Positions 1 through 14,301 of a stretch of DNA of 64,000 bases are shown piece by piece. The translations under genes were made by a program, and so were the position numbers. A model generated the notes under the pieces. It saw only the letters and a list, made by a program, of their open reading frames with translations. It made no database searches and was not told the DNA's origin. How positions within the stretch are numbered: the stretch's first letter is position 1; each line of letters starts with the position of its first letter. Source of the stretch: Setoptus koraiensis. Taxonomy: Eukaryota; Animalia; Arthropoda. The stretch is from NCBI GenBank assembly GCA_048013815.1, contig CM106585.1, positions 1,178,001 to 1,242,000 on the forward strand, read 5' to 3'.

Positions 1-1022
1 CCAGCCTCGCCATAGGGTCGCATTAGTCGCGAGTTGCGACAGCACGACAACAAACTCACAGTTGGACCACACTCAAAACTCTAAACTCGGCTCCCTCTGG
101 CTCATCTCGCGAGCTTGCCGCGTAAGAACAAGTGTAAGTGAATAACGTAGATGGTGCAGTGCGATTATCCACAAATGCCGAGACGATGCCGCGCTTGCCA
201 GCGAGAGACCAACCGGCAAATCAATAATACAAATGCGGCCGGCATGCAAATAGTGCCACAACTAGCGACACACTGCGCCGTTTATCGGCGACACACTGCG
301 CCGCTTACGGGCGACACAACTGGCGAGCCCCCGACAAGTATTATACCAACAAGTAAAACTAACACACTGTGTTATTAACAATATCAAGATGATTGTTTTG
401 CCAGGTGAATTTGCCAGCCGACTGTGAGTTGTTTGCCAGTGTGGCTGGCTGCTGTAGACGCCACAACGTCATCATTACAACGAATGCTAAATGCTAAATA
501 CTAACTGCTAAATGCTAAACTGTCAATGCCAACCAGCCAGCCAGCCAGCCAGCCAACTCGTAATTGCTAGTTTTGTCCTCTTAGTGGCGCTGTCAACCAT
601 TTCAAGCGCAACAAACAAACACACAGGTGATGTGCACTTGCGCAACTGCTCTTGGTCTCGTTTCATTTCATTTCGACTTCTCTCGTCTAACGTCGCAACA
701 CGCTCCCCTCTCCCCTCGCCCTCTCCCATGTCCCCTCTCCCATGACAGGCCAATGCTGCCTGGCAATATTGTATTAGTGCAATGTATTGCCAAACACTGC
801 AATATATCCCAGATATATCTGCAATGAGACACAAAGACGACGATGAGCGACATTGCAACAACAAGCAGCATTGTTTGTCTCGCCAGTGGCCCATTTCAAC
901 AATCTGTTTGTGAGAGCTCTTTTCAATTACTTACCCGCTTCACCTTACAATTGTCATCAATATGCTATTATGGATTTATGAGCCGAGCTGGCCCTCTCTC
1001 ACTTCCATACCCACTCCAGCAA

Positions 1023-1111
1023 CCATTATAATACCCATTATAATACCCATTACGATGCCCATTATAATACCCATTACGGTGCCCATTATAATACCCATTA
1101 TGATACCCATT
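1023..1111. repeat. 12-bp minisatellite (CCCATTATAATA-like), about 7 copies
   Basis: Directly visible tandem ccattataatac/ccattacgatgc units; it produces the IIIP-repeat ORF 962..1150. Confidence 0.9.
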
Positions 1112-2758
1112 GTGTGGCCCGGTGCCAAATACACACACCTAGTTACCTAAATGACTCAAATCGCTTACGAATGACAAGCACCACCTGTTCAAGGTATAAC
1201 GGTACGTGAGTGTGTGCAAACCAACTGTAACAATGTGACAGCTAAGAGTGCCATTTGTGGGCCAGTCAGTGAACAGTTGAATTTCATCAGACAATCTGTA
1301 AATCACATCTATGCGATCGCGCACAGAAGTAGGAATGAGGCACAGGAATGAGCTCGCAAGCGGTACGGCACAGTGGACACACCAAAGTAACGGCAATAGG
1401 TATATAGCGACAATGTGTTCGCGAGTAAACGCAGCTAGGTGCCGCGCAATTGTTTTAACCAAACTTGTGTGTGGCCAACAAAAGTGAGGCCAGTTCCTGT
1501 TTTCGTTTGGTGGCCAACGCGCACTCGCACACCAATCAATGTGGTTACGCAACTCACTCTTCAGTGACACTGAACTCTGGTAACTAGAGTCCAGTTTTTT
1601 TGTTTATCCGCCTGTCTGTCTGTCTGTTTGTCTGTCTATGTGTTGGACCTTAAGGTGACTTTGGACCATTCAACGCTTGTGCGCGACCAATCTAATTCAA
1701 TTAGAGGTCACGCAATGTGCAATTGTTACAATTTGCATTGTGGGCTGCCCCAATTGGCGCTACACGCACATCGCTGTTTGTATTAATTGAATAGTAAAAA
1801 TAGCTACTCGTCGAGCTGGGCACCAGCTGACTTTTGTCTAGCGGGCGTTAAAAACAATGGCATTGAGTTGAGGCGCTCACAAGCCGCGGCTCTGAGCGGC
1901 CAAGTCACCTTTTCGATGCTAACACGTACAATCGCATAAAATTGGCGACAGGGGGCCTTTCCGGCAGGACAGTGCCTGTGGTGCTTGTACGTTTCGGTGG
2001 GGGGCCGGCACTGCGGCCTCTCGGGCCAGAGATTGTGGGCGCAAAATTTATGAGCTGGCCAGATCATAAATTGATTGCGCGTCCAATAAATGCAATCCTT
2101 TGGTTTGTGTGAATGTGAATGTCGGATTTGCATCGATCAAGCGGCAGCCACTTTGCCGTGTCGTCGCCAGCAGCATACGAGCTCATTCGTACTTGAAAAC
2201 TCGTCGGCCCGTCATGATGACACGCCCATTGTGAGAGGCACGAACACACAATAGAAACAAGAATGGGAGCGGGAGGCGGGAGGGAGCCGGGGAGACTGAC
2301 ACACTATTTCTAAACAATTTGCGGCTTTCATATGCGCATCTCCGTGCAGCATCATCATCTAGCATGGGCATGGCTGGGCAATAGAGGGAGCCCATGTCGA
2401 GCATATCAATAATGAGTGGCACCCAGTGCGAAATGTGTCAGCAGAAGGAAATTCTGTCAGTGGGCCAGCGGCGAGCTAACTGGCAAAACTGTGCCAGTAT
2501 GTGATGTAATGTATATAGTTATAGTGTGCGGTTAGTTGTGTGCATGGATGCGAGAGGTTGCACACAAATTGATTTTGTGGCACAGTTAGAGAGTGGTCAG
2601 TAAATTGACCAGGATCGAATGTTCGTTAGCAGCGCCGATTGGCGTCTCGTCTAATGGTGATCGATTTATCCATTCCAATTTACTCTCCCCTCTCCCATGT
2701 TATGCAATGCGCAGCGGGCTGGCGGGGCCAACCGACTGCACAACTTCTTCTCGCAGCT

Positions 2759-2905
2759 TGTTGTTGTTGCTGTTGTTGCTGTCGTTGTTGTTGCTGTTGT
2801 CGTTGTTGTTGCTGTTGTTGTTGCTGTTGTTGCTGTTGTCGGCGCTGTTGTCGGTGTTGTTGCTGTTGTTGCTGCTGTTGTCGGCGCTGTTGTCGGTGTT
2901 GCTGT
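2759..2905. repeat. Imperfect (TGT/TGC/CGT)n trinucleotide microsatellite
   Basis: Directly visible; it produces the overlapping poly-L, poly-C, poly-V, poly-T and poly-N ORFs. Confidence 0.9.
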
Positions 2906-4089
2906 TGGGCAACATCGGAGCCTGCACAGCAGACAGCAACTACTACATAATAAAATCACTACTTTACGTTGAGCTCCAAAATAGTGATCTGACATACAAT
3001 CAATCATCGTTATTTGCTGGCTCTCTCTCTTCCTCTCCCTCTTGCGTTGCCTCATTTGGCCTCGTTGCCCATTCGCTCTCCTCCTATCCGCTTGCCCCTC
3101 CCGTGTTTCCACCCACGCAACGTAGCGCACACACCCACATGGGGCTGGTTATCGGCACAAAGTTGGCGCATGATAGTTTGATTTGTTTGTCGTCCCGACG
3201 ATAGGGCTTATTGGGGCCGCGGCTAGATGGGGGGCGCTTGCTAAACCGCACAAAGAGATAGTATTCATCGCTGCGGCCATGTAACTTTTACTGTCTGATA
3301 CAAGTCGCTGTGGGCAGCGAAAAGCGGCGGCCATCGGGCCGACCGACCGGCCAACCGACCGACCGCCAAAAACAATACCCGCCAAAAGTGGACACACGCC
3401 GATGCTGAAAATAAACACGCAGTGCGTGCGTATTTCGTGCGCACATTGTTATGTAACACGCTATGTGTTTGTTAATGTTATGTAAGGCCCACTAACTATG
3501 TTATGTAATGTTGTGTTATGTTGCGTTGGATTGTGTTCGGCTGCGTCTGTTGTGTTATTTTGCGTTTGTGTGCGAGCTTTTGGCAACGTGACCAAGCGGC
3601 GCCAGCAGACAATCGACCGCTATCGACTGTTTGCGACAGGACAAGCGAGCGGCCTTAGAAACAGGGAGTCTCCCCACTTTTCTAGAGACAACAAAACACA
3701 GCGAGGGAGCGAGCTAGCGAGCGGGCGAGTTTTGGTGGGGCCAAGGCCAAGGAAGTGGCACGAATGCGCTAATAATAATAGACACCGCTAACAACTGGTT
3801 GTTGTAACTGGCACAAACAAGCTGCAAAACAAACCCTCTGGTCTGTGTGTCTCTGGCGTGTTGTTTGTTGTTGGCCGTTGTTGATAATGACCGAGCAACT
3901 CGTCGCCTGATGGCGAGCAACTCGTCGACAACGGACGAGTCGCTCGCCATCGAGCGAACAATACTGACCAGTGATATGCATAGATGCAATAGTGGGGCCA
4001 GTCAAAGGATATGCGCGATACGTGAGAGTTGGCATGTATGCAGAAGCAAATGGCTCGCTTAGTGACAGAACTCAGTGAGCCGTACGCAA

Positions 4090-4137
4090 CGACAACAACA
4101 AAGACAACAACAACGACAACAACAACAACAACAGCAA

Positions 4138-4169
<32 letters not shown>

Positions 4170-4198
4170 ACAACAATAACAACAGCAACAACAACAAT
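4090..4198. repeat. Imperfect (ACA/GCA)n microsatellite
   Basis: Directly visible. Confidence 0.9.
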
Positions 4199-5872
4199 AT
4201 CTATATGTGGCCAGCGTCATGTTTGGCCAGACGCACACGCACACACCGATACCCGGAATCAGTGGTGACAGCAGCGAATTGAGATGGAATGGGAGATCCA
4301 TCTGGGCGCCCATTGTTGTCTCTGGGGCTGGTGGGTGCGATTTGCAATCACTTTGGTCGCAGTTGTTGCCTCCTGGTGACTAATCTAGAAATGAGTTTCT
4401 ATCTAGACACAAGTGACGACACTATGTGATTCATTATTGTCATTCATTATTGTGAGTCATCGTTGTGATTCATCATTGTTGCTTTTTAATATAATAATAA
4501 TCGTATGTTGCGTAAATATTGCGCCCGTTTAAAATATCCACACAGCAGCGCCTCTAGAGGTAGAGAGACGCAACGAGCATCTGTGGTTATCATTGCAACA
4601 CATTCAATCGAATATGATAACAGTCAAGTCGTCAGATAAGACAAACACTGGCGATATAAAGCAACTCACGATCAAGTGTGGTGACAGTTGCAGCGAGCAG
4701 TACGTGCAAACAACGTGTTGGACTTGTCGCCAGCCGATAAACTATCAGTTGAATCAGTTGTGCGGCTATTGTTTTGCTCGAGACGCCACGCTGCACCTGT
4801 AATGTTGTTCATGTTGACTATTCTCGTGACTGTGCACGTGCCACACATTTGGCACTAGAAACACAGGTCAGGTATTTGAGGTGTCACGCGTGTCGAACGG
4901 CTGCCATTATCAACTAGCTGACAATTGATTATCTGTTTGCATCTCAAACTTGTCTCGCTGGCTGGCTGACTGGCTCAATGGCTCAATGGCTGGCTGGCTC
5001 GATGGCTGGCTGGCTCGATGGCTCGATGGCCAATGGTCGACGGGCCAGGGGATTGGGTCGGCCGACTGACTGGCGACACACAATTTCACAAGCATGGCGA
5101 GATTGTTCTCGATGCGAGCAGTCTTACGCTATTATTGCGTCACATAAGCACTTGCCATAGGGCGACCTGGCAGATAATATATATATTGGTAAACTCTACT
5201 GCTCGGTGTATATATATACAGCGAGCAAACTGAGGGCAGAGTTTGTATAATGTGCATAATGTTTCAGAATACAACTGGCTGCTTCATCGGTCTGGTTGGC
5301 CCCATCGACTGCATTTGCCGGCGGAGATATCTGGTGGTGTCGACTCACTTGAGGCGGCCGGAACAAGCGGCTGTATAAAATAACAATGATGATGCATAAT
5401 GCATAAAGTATCACATACGAGACTGGCTCGGCTAGCGGCGGTTGATTCGAGCGCGTGCACAAAAGAACACCACAAGCTAGCGAACCCGGCCAGAGAGACG
5501 GCCAACAACTAGCGATAGAATGATCTCGGCGAGCAGCCAATGATCTGGCAACGAATGAGGCAAGAGACGACAAAAGTGATGGAACGAGCAAGTGAGCAAG
5601 CGCCACCCAAAGAGGAAGGCAAGCGAGACGAGACTAGACGAGATGAGAAGGAGACGCCAAGAGAAGAGACGAGAAGAGAAGAGACGAGAAGGATAAAACG
5701 AAATGAAACGAATTGAAATGAGATGAGATGGGAAGAGAAGGGATGAGATGAAATGAAATGAGACGACACAAACACACACACACACAAACCAGAGATAAGA
5801 CCATGGGAGACTGTGGGAGATGATTATAAGACACACGATAGAATCGATTCACTTGTTCAGATGGCAACTCAA

Positions 5873-6105
5873 TAGAGCTGTAGCCGGCTACCCGAAACGG
5901 GTATTTTTACCCGGTTGAGCAAGAGTCTGAGCAAGAACCGAACCCGCTCCGGTTGCGGATTACCCGTATTTGGACCCGTTTGGACCCGTTTGGACCCGTT
6001 TTGCCCGGTTAAAGCCGGTTGAAGCAGGTTCTAAAACGGATCGCCAAATACCCGCTGAAAACCCGTTTTTGACGGGTATTTGAAAATACCCGGTTGAACC
6101 GAACT
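5873..6105. mobile_element. Possible non-autonomous DNA-transposon (hAT/MITE-like) remnant rich in ACCCG/CGGGT
   Basis: Begins TAGAGCTG, carries many ACCCG/CGGGT motifs in both orientations (tacccgaaacgggta hairpin, ttggacccgt x3) and differs from its flanks. No matching right terminal inverted repeat was found. Confidence 0.3.
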
Positions 6106-8339
6106 GTGGTGCTGGGTGCTATCATTATAACGGTATTACGCTTTCATCTTGATCTGCTGGCCTCTTCTCTTTATATTTCTATTTCTGGCGGCTCCCTTCG
6201 GAGGCTAGTTACGCTGCTGCTGCTACTAGCAGCAAGCATAATGGCAAGCTCCTTCGCAAGCTCACTTGCCTCGGCTGGCCATAAAAACAAATATAAATAT
6301 AAATATAAAATAACAATAAATATAAATATATAAAAAGGCAAACATACGCAGCAAGGGTTGGCATGTGTGCGTGTGTATCGTAATATTATTATTGCGATAG
6401 GCAAACAAGTGGCTCGATTTGGCCAGCGATGACAGCACTGTGAGTGATTGAAAAGCAGCACCAGCAACAACAACAACAACAACAACAATGCAACTACCAA
6501 TTGAACTGCACAGTGGCACAAATCAACTGCTATTCGATTCATTCAATTTGGGGCCCCCAGTTGGTTCAATCCGCTCAATTGATTCGATTCGTTACAACTG
6601 GTGCAATTGATTTGCGCAATTGGCAATTGGCATTAGGCAATTGTTGTTGCTGTTGCACGCAAGATGTTTGGCACAAGAAGTTTGGCACTAGAAGTTTGGC
6701 ACAAGTGGGGCGCCCCCTAGCAAACATAAAGCAGCAAAGCAGCAAATCAGCAAATCGAGCACGCGACTGGCGGTCAGTTGTCGAATTGAATGGTGCGAGC
6801 CAGTGTCAATAATTGTAAAGGCACTTAGGAATAAAAAGAAGCAACGTGTAAATGGTGCCAATGTATCTTTTTATTTTTTATTTAATGTCTAGACGGCGCT
6901 CGTCGGCAGCGGGCCCGTTGCTTATTGTAAGAGGCTTTTTTGTGAGCTATCTATGCCACTCTCGGTGCGCTACCAAGATTGCTCGTGGCACCGGGCTTGC
7001 ACCTGATTTTGTTGCCGTGTTGTCTTTTCAGTGTTGCGTCTGTCGCTTAACGCCAATCACAGTTTGGCCTGGCAGTTGGTGAGGCCTCTGTTGTGTTCGG
7101 ATCAAAAGTATAAGTAATCCGGCCCGCGCGAGTAACGGATAGCCTGGCAAATTGGCCCAACAAGCAGTCAATCTCTTGCCAGTCTCGTGTCCAAGCTACA
7201 CAGTGTGGCCTGTAGGTGGCCAATGATGTTACTTAAATTGCACTCACCGCTCAACCTTTTACACGCCCGTCTGGCTGGTCACACAAACACAAAAAAAAAG
7301 GGGACCAGGCAAGCGACTGACAGGGGCAATATTTCAGGCGCACAAGCTTACTATCTGGCCATTGCCAGCCACCAATTGGCAAACGACTCGCTGGCCGGCT
7401 GGCTGGCCGGCTGGCTGGTGGGCGAGAACGGGGGCCCGAGAAGATTGCGGAAAAGATAAAATGATGATATTAGTTTAAAGAGACACACAGCGAGAGACGT
7501 TTGAGCGCGCTTAATGCGTCTTGGCTGGCGACAAGTTGGCCCCCAATTGCAATTGCACCGGCACACCCGAATGAAACGGAAACCAAGTGGCCAGCGGACA
7601 ATCAATTGGCGCCCGTGGCCGTTGTTTGCAGTTTCTAAAGGAGGGCGCCTTTGTACGCGTGATCAATGTCATTTTGTTCTCGTTCTTTCTGCACCATTCC
7701 GGCCATTCGTTGCCAATGGGCCGAAGCACTCGGCGGCCCAATCGCTATTGATGGGGCACAATTATGTTTTGAACAGCAGCGAGGGCCGTTGCAGGCGCAC
7801 TGACAACGACCAAGCGACTGAGAGTCTGGGCGAAAGTTGACAAAAACAGTTTGCTATTATTTATCTCGCTTGCGCTCTCGTCAATGTCGCCAGCATCGCT
7901 CGCTCGGGGGCCCCGAGCGAGCGGTCGCATGTTTGTCGGGCCCCACAGCAGTGCAACAATGCAAGCCGCCAACGAGTGGCGCCGCTCACGAGCAGTGATA
8001 AAATAATTTCAAAAATAATACTAATGTCTCTGCGAAATAGATCCAATGAAGTGTCTGCTGGCTAACCGCTGCTCACGGTTACACACGCCAGCCCGTGCCC
8101 ATACAACCATAGATATATATGGCGGATATATGAGGCGGCGGCGGCGGCGGGGGGCAGAGGGGGGGCGCCCAAGCGAAATAAATATACACTGTGCGGAGGC
8201 GCACACAATGCATTGTCAGCAGGCAGATATATTATCGAGTTGAGTGGCTACGCGCTGGCCCCTCGGCCCCCGCGAGTTATTATATAATCTGATAGTTGGT
8301 ATTTGCAGGGATTTACACACAGCACACTGAGTTACTCAC

Positions 8340-8772
8340 CTTCTTTGCGGCTTTTCATTGCCAGACGGCGCTCTGGCCTGTCGTTCAGTGTCAATTTGTC
8401 GCGCTGGCCCCTGGCGCATAAATCAGGCCCCACTGTGCAGTCTTGCTGTGGCCCTGATGTTGCACTTGGCCGTGTGTCGCGCTCGCTGTGCCCGTTACTT
8501 GAACTACTCAGGCGCTGCGACAATGCTCTTGAATTGCCAATCGATGGTGCGCCAGCAGCGATCGTATCGTGAAAAGCGGCGGTGTCACGTTGCAAATTGT
8601 TGCCACCATTATTTGGTTGCTGGTAATTCAATTGCGGGCGCCCCACTGGATGTTGCTGTCGTTGGCCGACTCGCCTAGGTGATGGCTGGTCCATTGTTGA
8701 TTTTATCAGCCTCAACAACAACAACAAATTGTCTGGCGAGTGGGCGCCGCTGCTGCCGTTGTAGTTGTTGTC

Positions 8773-8803
<31 letters not shown>

Positions 8804-11800
8804 TTGTTGTTGTTGGCGTTGGCGTTGGCGTTGGCGTTGCTTGCTTGTTGTTGGCGTCGCTGCCTCTCAGTGTCATCGTTGTACGTCAATTTTGTCATGT
8901 ACGTCGCTGGCTCGTATTGATCATCGACGATCAGCTGCTCTTTGTTGTCATTAGCGGTCATTGTTGTGTGCGTGGCGGCCACATTGTGCGCTGTCGTGGG
9001 CCCCCCCAACTGAGCCGATTTTGTTGGCCCCTCATTGGGGCTGTCGCTGCTTGTGTCGTTGGCCACGTCAGCGCCATTAACGCTGCCCGTGCTGTCGCCA
9101 GCGTGTCGGCCCCACGCACCTGATGCGGCGGCCGCCAACTGGAGCCTGTTTTGCTCCCCCGCTTCCGGTTTCAGCTGAATGACGCGTGCGTAATGCGACC
9201 AAACAAACTCGGCCCCGTCTGACCGACGCTCGCCGCCGCCGCCGCCCAAATAATCGCTGTCTAAATAATAATTGTCAACTGGTCGTTGCTTGTTGTTGGC
9301 ACTAACCACAAAATGCTCCTCAGCGTCATCCCAAACTGAGCTCACCTGTCCGCCGATGCTGGCATGTGCCACGTCTACCGGGCTGCCATGTGAGCGTCCT
9401 ATAGTGGCGCCATCTGCTTCCACTTGGCGCTTCAAGCGACTGGGCGCCAGTGGCATGCCATTAGTGGGTTGCCTCAGCTCGCTGGTGCTCATAATCACGC
9501 CATGCGGCCGCTGATCACGGGCAGCGATAAAACTACTGTCATAATTGAGTTTCGCTTGAGAAGATAATTGCTTAGCTGATGACCGCTCATTTCTGGCTAT
9601 TGTGGGCCCCGTCATGGGCAAACTGTGGGCCCGTGGTTGTTGCTTGTGGGCCCGTCGCGAGCTCGCTTGGACGCCCACACCAAAACGCCGTTTATCGATC
9701 ATCATCATGTGTGAATGGCGGACAGGAATGGGCATGTGGCCGCCGTTGAGTGGCCCATTCACAACACCAGTGATGTCGCTAATTTTAAATAAGCCATTAT
9801 CGTATGTCATCGTAAGCGTGTCAGCACCGTCGCCAGACTGTTGGTTAATGTCTGGCATTAGCCGCCTCGTCGTTTTAGTAACATTGTCGCTAGTTAGTGA
9901 ACGCCACTTATTTGCGACCCCGTGGGCGCTCAGTGAGGGGGCGCCATCAGCCATGAGTAGTATGCCGTGCACTTGTGCAAGTGTTTGAGCAACAGGAAGT
10001 TGTCGCTGCAATTGAGTTGCAGCGGCAAGCGGAAGTGTCAGTGGCCAGCACCAATTGGTGAGTGCTGAGTGTAGTAGGGCCGCCAAGGTGCTCGCTTGTG
10101 TCGACAGCCAAACAGTGCCGAGAGAAATAGTGCCGAGAGAAACAGTGCAAGAAGTGCCCAACGATTGCTGCTCATAATCACGCTGCGAATCTAGTGCTGG
10201 AAATGAGTGATAGGGGGTGCGATGTCGCTGCAATTGTTTCTTTGTTTCAAGCTCATTGTTGTCTTGCCCGAAAACGGCCGACAACAACAACGGGACGATT
10301 CTTTTCTCCTTCTCGGTTGCTGTTGTTGTTGCTGCTGCTGCTGGTGTCGTCGTTGCTGTCGTTGCTGTTGTTGTTGTTGTTGCTGTTGGTGCACCGACGA
10401 GCGATTGTCTTTGTTGGCGACGCGATAGTGGCGACACGGCCTGCCACGACGAGCGCCACGCAAAACAGTTGAGCTGGCCCCTGCAATTGGGCCCGTCACC
10501 AGCGATGCGCGTCGGGTTTCCCGTTTGGCGGTGTGCGGTTCCAGTGGCGACGCCATGACTTTTGTCGTGCAGCCAGAGTGACGCCACTGGATCAATGCAG
10601 CAATGAAGCATGAAAAAACGCGCATTCTCTTCTCTGGCACAAGCACATGGGCCCATTTCAACTGTCTCGCCGCTAGAGGCGGAAACGGCAATTGCAATAG
10701 GAATAAGACGTCGTTGATTGCTGCTGTCCGTGGTTGCTGTTGTCACAAGTGTCGCTAGTGGCGCCACGCTGCTGGCGAGATGACATTGGATAACCTTGCC
10801 GCTGCACGAGCTGCCGGGCGGCCCAAAAGTGGGGCCCAGCTGTGACACAGTGCCAGTTGTTTGGGGTCGCTTGCTCGGTGGTGCTGCTGCTAGCGCTGAT
10901 GATGACGATGCCAATGGCGATGCTGATAACAACGGTGAGAATGATGACAGTGGCGCCCTTTTTGTCGTTGTGACAAACGCTAGAAACATTCCAGCAGATT
11001 GGTGGTGCACTGTCATGACTATAGTGGCGCCGGCATTAGTCGCGAAAGTCGCTATAGTGCGCCGCTGTGCGGCCACGCTAACTGCAGCCGCGGCAGCGGC
11101 GCCAGCAGCAGCACTAGCAGTGACAGTGGTTGCTGTGAGGCCGCTTTCGCGACTACTGCTGGCGGTGGCGACGGCGCTAGTTGGGGCCCACAATGGGCGA
11201 CAACAACTAGCTAAGCGGCAAAATAACAATGATCGATCATCAGCGGGCCAAATGTCATTGTTTTGTTTTCTTTCTGCTTCTGCTGGCCCCAACGTTGGCC
11301 CCTTTATTTTCATGCCTAACCTCGTGTGTGTGTGCGCCGTCATTGGCGACGCTGGGCGACTAGTGGAAATCATTGGAACCGTTGGTAGCATCATTGGTAT
11401 CACTGGTAACTGGCTTGATGGCGGTATGTGTGACACTGGTGGCGTGCTTGCGATAGTTGAGATGGCCGACGGTGTCGCGAGCGGAACAGTTGTCATCGTT
11501 GGCGGTTGTATCATGGTCATCATCAATTGCGTCTCGATAGGCCCGCTGCGTGTATGGTGGACGGCGGCGCCCCACTGCCAGTGGCTCATGTGAGCTGTTT
11601 TGTTGTCAATCATTGCCAATGATTGACCCACTACCGGTACTATCACGAGCGATGGTGGGCCGCTGCTTGGCTGGCTCGCTGGGGCCAGTAACTCCGGGTG
11701 CACGCCATTTAAAACACCCAAACCTAGAGCATAATTCAATCCGTTATTGTTGAGCGTTGCAACTGCCGGCAACTTGCGGCAGGCCGAATTGCAACAGTGG

Positions 11801-14301
11801 CACTCGAAGGCGAGGGCGTCATCGTCGAGACGCCGACCGGGCCCGCTTGAGCGCCCGATATTGAGTTTGCAGTTGTCGCCGTTGTCGCCGTTGTTGCCGC
11901 TGCCGGCGATCAACAAGCTCGCCGGCGCGCTCCTTGCCGGTTGTTTGTCGCAAAGTGAGGCCAACAGCTCGCTCATTTGTACTGGCTTGCATAGATCGCT
12001 GCTGGCCGTGGTTGGGCCATCGATATTGGACAACAATGGACGACAATGTTCGGGGCCCTGGTAATGAGAAGCATGATTGTAATTGTAATTACTACTGCCA
12101 GTGCTGCCGCCCGAGCTCGATAATAATAACAGAGGCACTGCTGGCGCGCTGCTTGCTTGGCCCAAATTTGAGATTGCAACAGCAACAACGACAACCAACA
12201 GCGAGCAGCATTTGCATCCACTAAGCTGGCTTTTGGCGCCGCCGCCATTGATATTAATCATCACATCATTGTAATTAGTTTCACTTTGTTGTACACAGGC
12301 CATTCGCAACTCAACATTCCTCCGCTTCTTCTCCTTCTTCGCTTGTGTTCCATCTAATAATAATTTCATCTTATTATACATGCACTGCGAGCGGCTCTGC
12401 TCGTGTCCGTGTGGCCGCTGCGGGCCCCACCAGATCGCGTGGCCGTCGGAATTGCCGCTGTTGCTTATTATTGGCCTCACTGGCCTGGCTGCCAGTGGGC
12501 CCGCGCTGCCAGACGCAATTGATATAAGCCAGCGCTTTGGGGCCTCGCTGTTGAGCATGAGTCGCTGTTTGAGATTGGTGTCGCTGCTGGCGATGCACTC
12601 AATTTTGCTCTCGGTGTGCTCGTGATTCGTGAGCCCCGAACTGCAGCCGCTACCCGCTGCTACCCGTGACAAAGGCGATTGGCCGCTCACAGCAACGTGA
12701 CGGGACTGGCGGGCGCGCGGATTTAGCTTGGCGGGCGCAGTAGCGGGCCCGACGGGGTTAAGCTGTTTGTCAGCGGGCCCAAAGATAATAGTGTCATAGA
12801 TGAGTGATTGAGCATTCAATTCTGTATGTAAATGTATGCAGCGGCAACAGTGGCGGTTGCCGCCGCCGCCGCTGCGGTCTTGGCGCGGCGCCGGCACGCT
12901 TGCCGCTACCGGCTGGCCATGTTGTGCACTTGTCCGCCGGTCACTTATAGGATGGCAGCGGTGCCGGTTCGATTCGCTTGGGCCCGCGATCGGCGGCCGT
13001 CGGTCAGTGGGGCCGCTTCGATGTAAACGATGTAAACAATGTAAACTATGTGAGCGATATAAACGATATGAATGTAAATGATGGCACTTGTTTCCATTGG
13101 CGCGCCAGCCATGACAGTTGGCCCCGTTGTCTCTAGTTGCGTCACTCGATTCGGTTGTTGTGGGGCCCATCGGTGGCCGATATGATACAAGTGAACAATC
13201 GGTGCAGCCGGCTGCACGGTGGCGCATTAAATTGGCAACTTCTTGTGTTTCTTTTTCATACTTCATCCCGTTATCATGGCCAACAACAATGGCACCGACA
13301 CCGTGCTCATATTCACTTAGGCCATTTTTACTTTTGGCGCCATTAAATGGGGCCCCTGAGAAGCACAAGAAAGAAATATTATCCTTATTATTGTTATTGC
13401 TTTTATCTATTATATAACAATAACAGTAATAATAATAATAATAGTTATAGCAATAATAATGATGATAATAATACTTTTGGGCCAGCCAATGCGGGGCCAG
13501 GCTGGCAAGGTTGAAGTGGTGTTGATGTTGGCAATTTAAACAAGCGACACAAGAGCGCATCAAATGCCAATAGCGGCCAACAGCGCCAACAAGGATATCG
13601 TTGCCGCTAAACGGATTTGGCGCCAAAAGTAAATATATTACACTTGAATAATTCATGGCCATTATCGCATTAGTTTTGCAATCGTTATACGGCCAACCAG
13701 CAGTGGCAATGGTCAAGTTGTTGTTAGCTAACTTGACGACCTCTGGCTCGGCGCAATTTGGCAATGCAGTTTTGCGGTACAAGCTTGCACAACAACAGTA
13801 CAAGTGGCACAATATATATCTAGACGATATATAGATGATGATGGCATCATTAGGGCAAACGAGGGGCGCCCTCTCTTGGCGAGACACCAAAAGCGTGTTA
13901 TTAAAATTATAATGCTCTATGGCTAATGGCCTCCGTGGGGCAAGTGGCCATGATTGTTTGTTTAGCGATTGTTTTTTCAATTTTGGCCACTCCGACATAA
14001 ATGATGATGATGATGATGAAAATGTCGATGATGGCTGCAACCGATTGGCAAGACAACCATAAACAAACAGTTGAAAATCACAGTTATAAACTATTATCAA
14101 TAGTGCTGCTGGTTCATTTAATTCGGCCGCTGAAGCTGCATATAGCCAGTCTAGACAATCGTTTTCTCTAGACAATTTCCTTCTGAGGTTTCGCTGATGC
14201 TGTTGTTTTCCCAATGAACAACTCGAACAGGCACCAACAGCGACAACATCATCGATTAGATTGCACCAACGAGACCGGCTGTCGGCTGTTGAATTCAGCA
14301 T
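8340..14301 (-). CDS. Very large coding exon of a low-complexity protein with no recognised domain (possibly secreted or membrane-bound); gene continues downstream
   Basis: 2043-codon open frame (8332..14463) with first ATG at 14301. It ends in a canonical donor, GAA G|GTGAGT (intron starts at 8339, phase 1). It contains Q/N/A/T runs, a hydrophobic segment LLVVVVAVAISNLGQASS (about 12.2 kb) and a dibasic RLKR site (about 9.43 kb). The 5' boundary is uncertain. Confidence 0.7.

Noticed and set aside
2593-3204. ORF with poly-Leu resembling an expanded signal peptide
   Set aside because: The hydrophobic run comes entirely from a trinucleotide repeat that is open in five frames; no splice or domain support. 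It remains possible but is unsupported.
11740-12010. Insulin-like cysteine pattern in the large exon (C-x12-C, then CCxxxC)
   Set aside because: B-chain spacing is off by one and the final A-chain cysteine is missing.
8358-13417. Many + strand ORFs (for example 10796..11593, 8740..9123, 10217..10558)
   Set aside because: Antisense shadows of the large - strand exon, with repeat-derived poly-V/C/L content and no domains.
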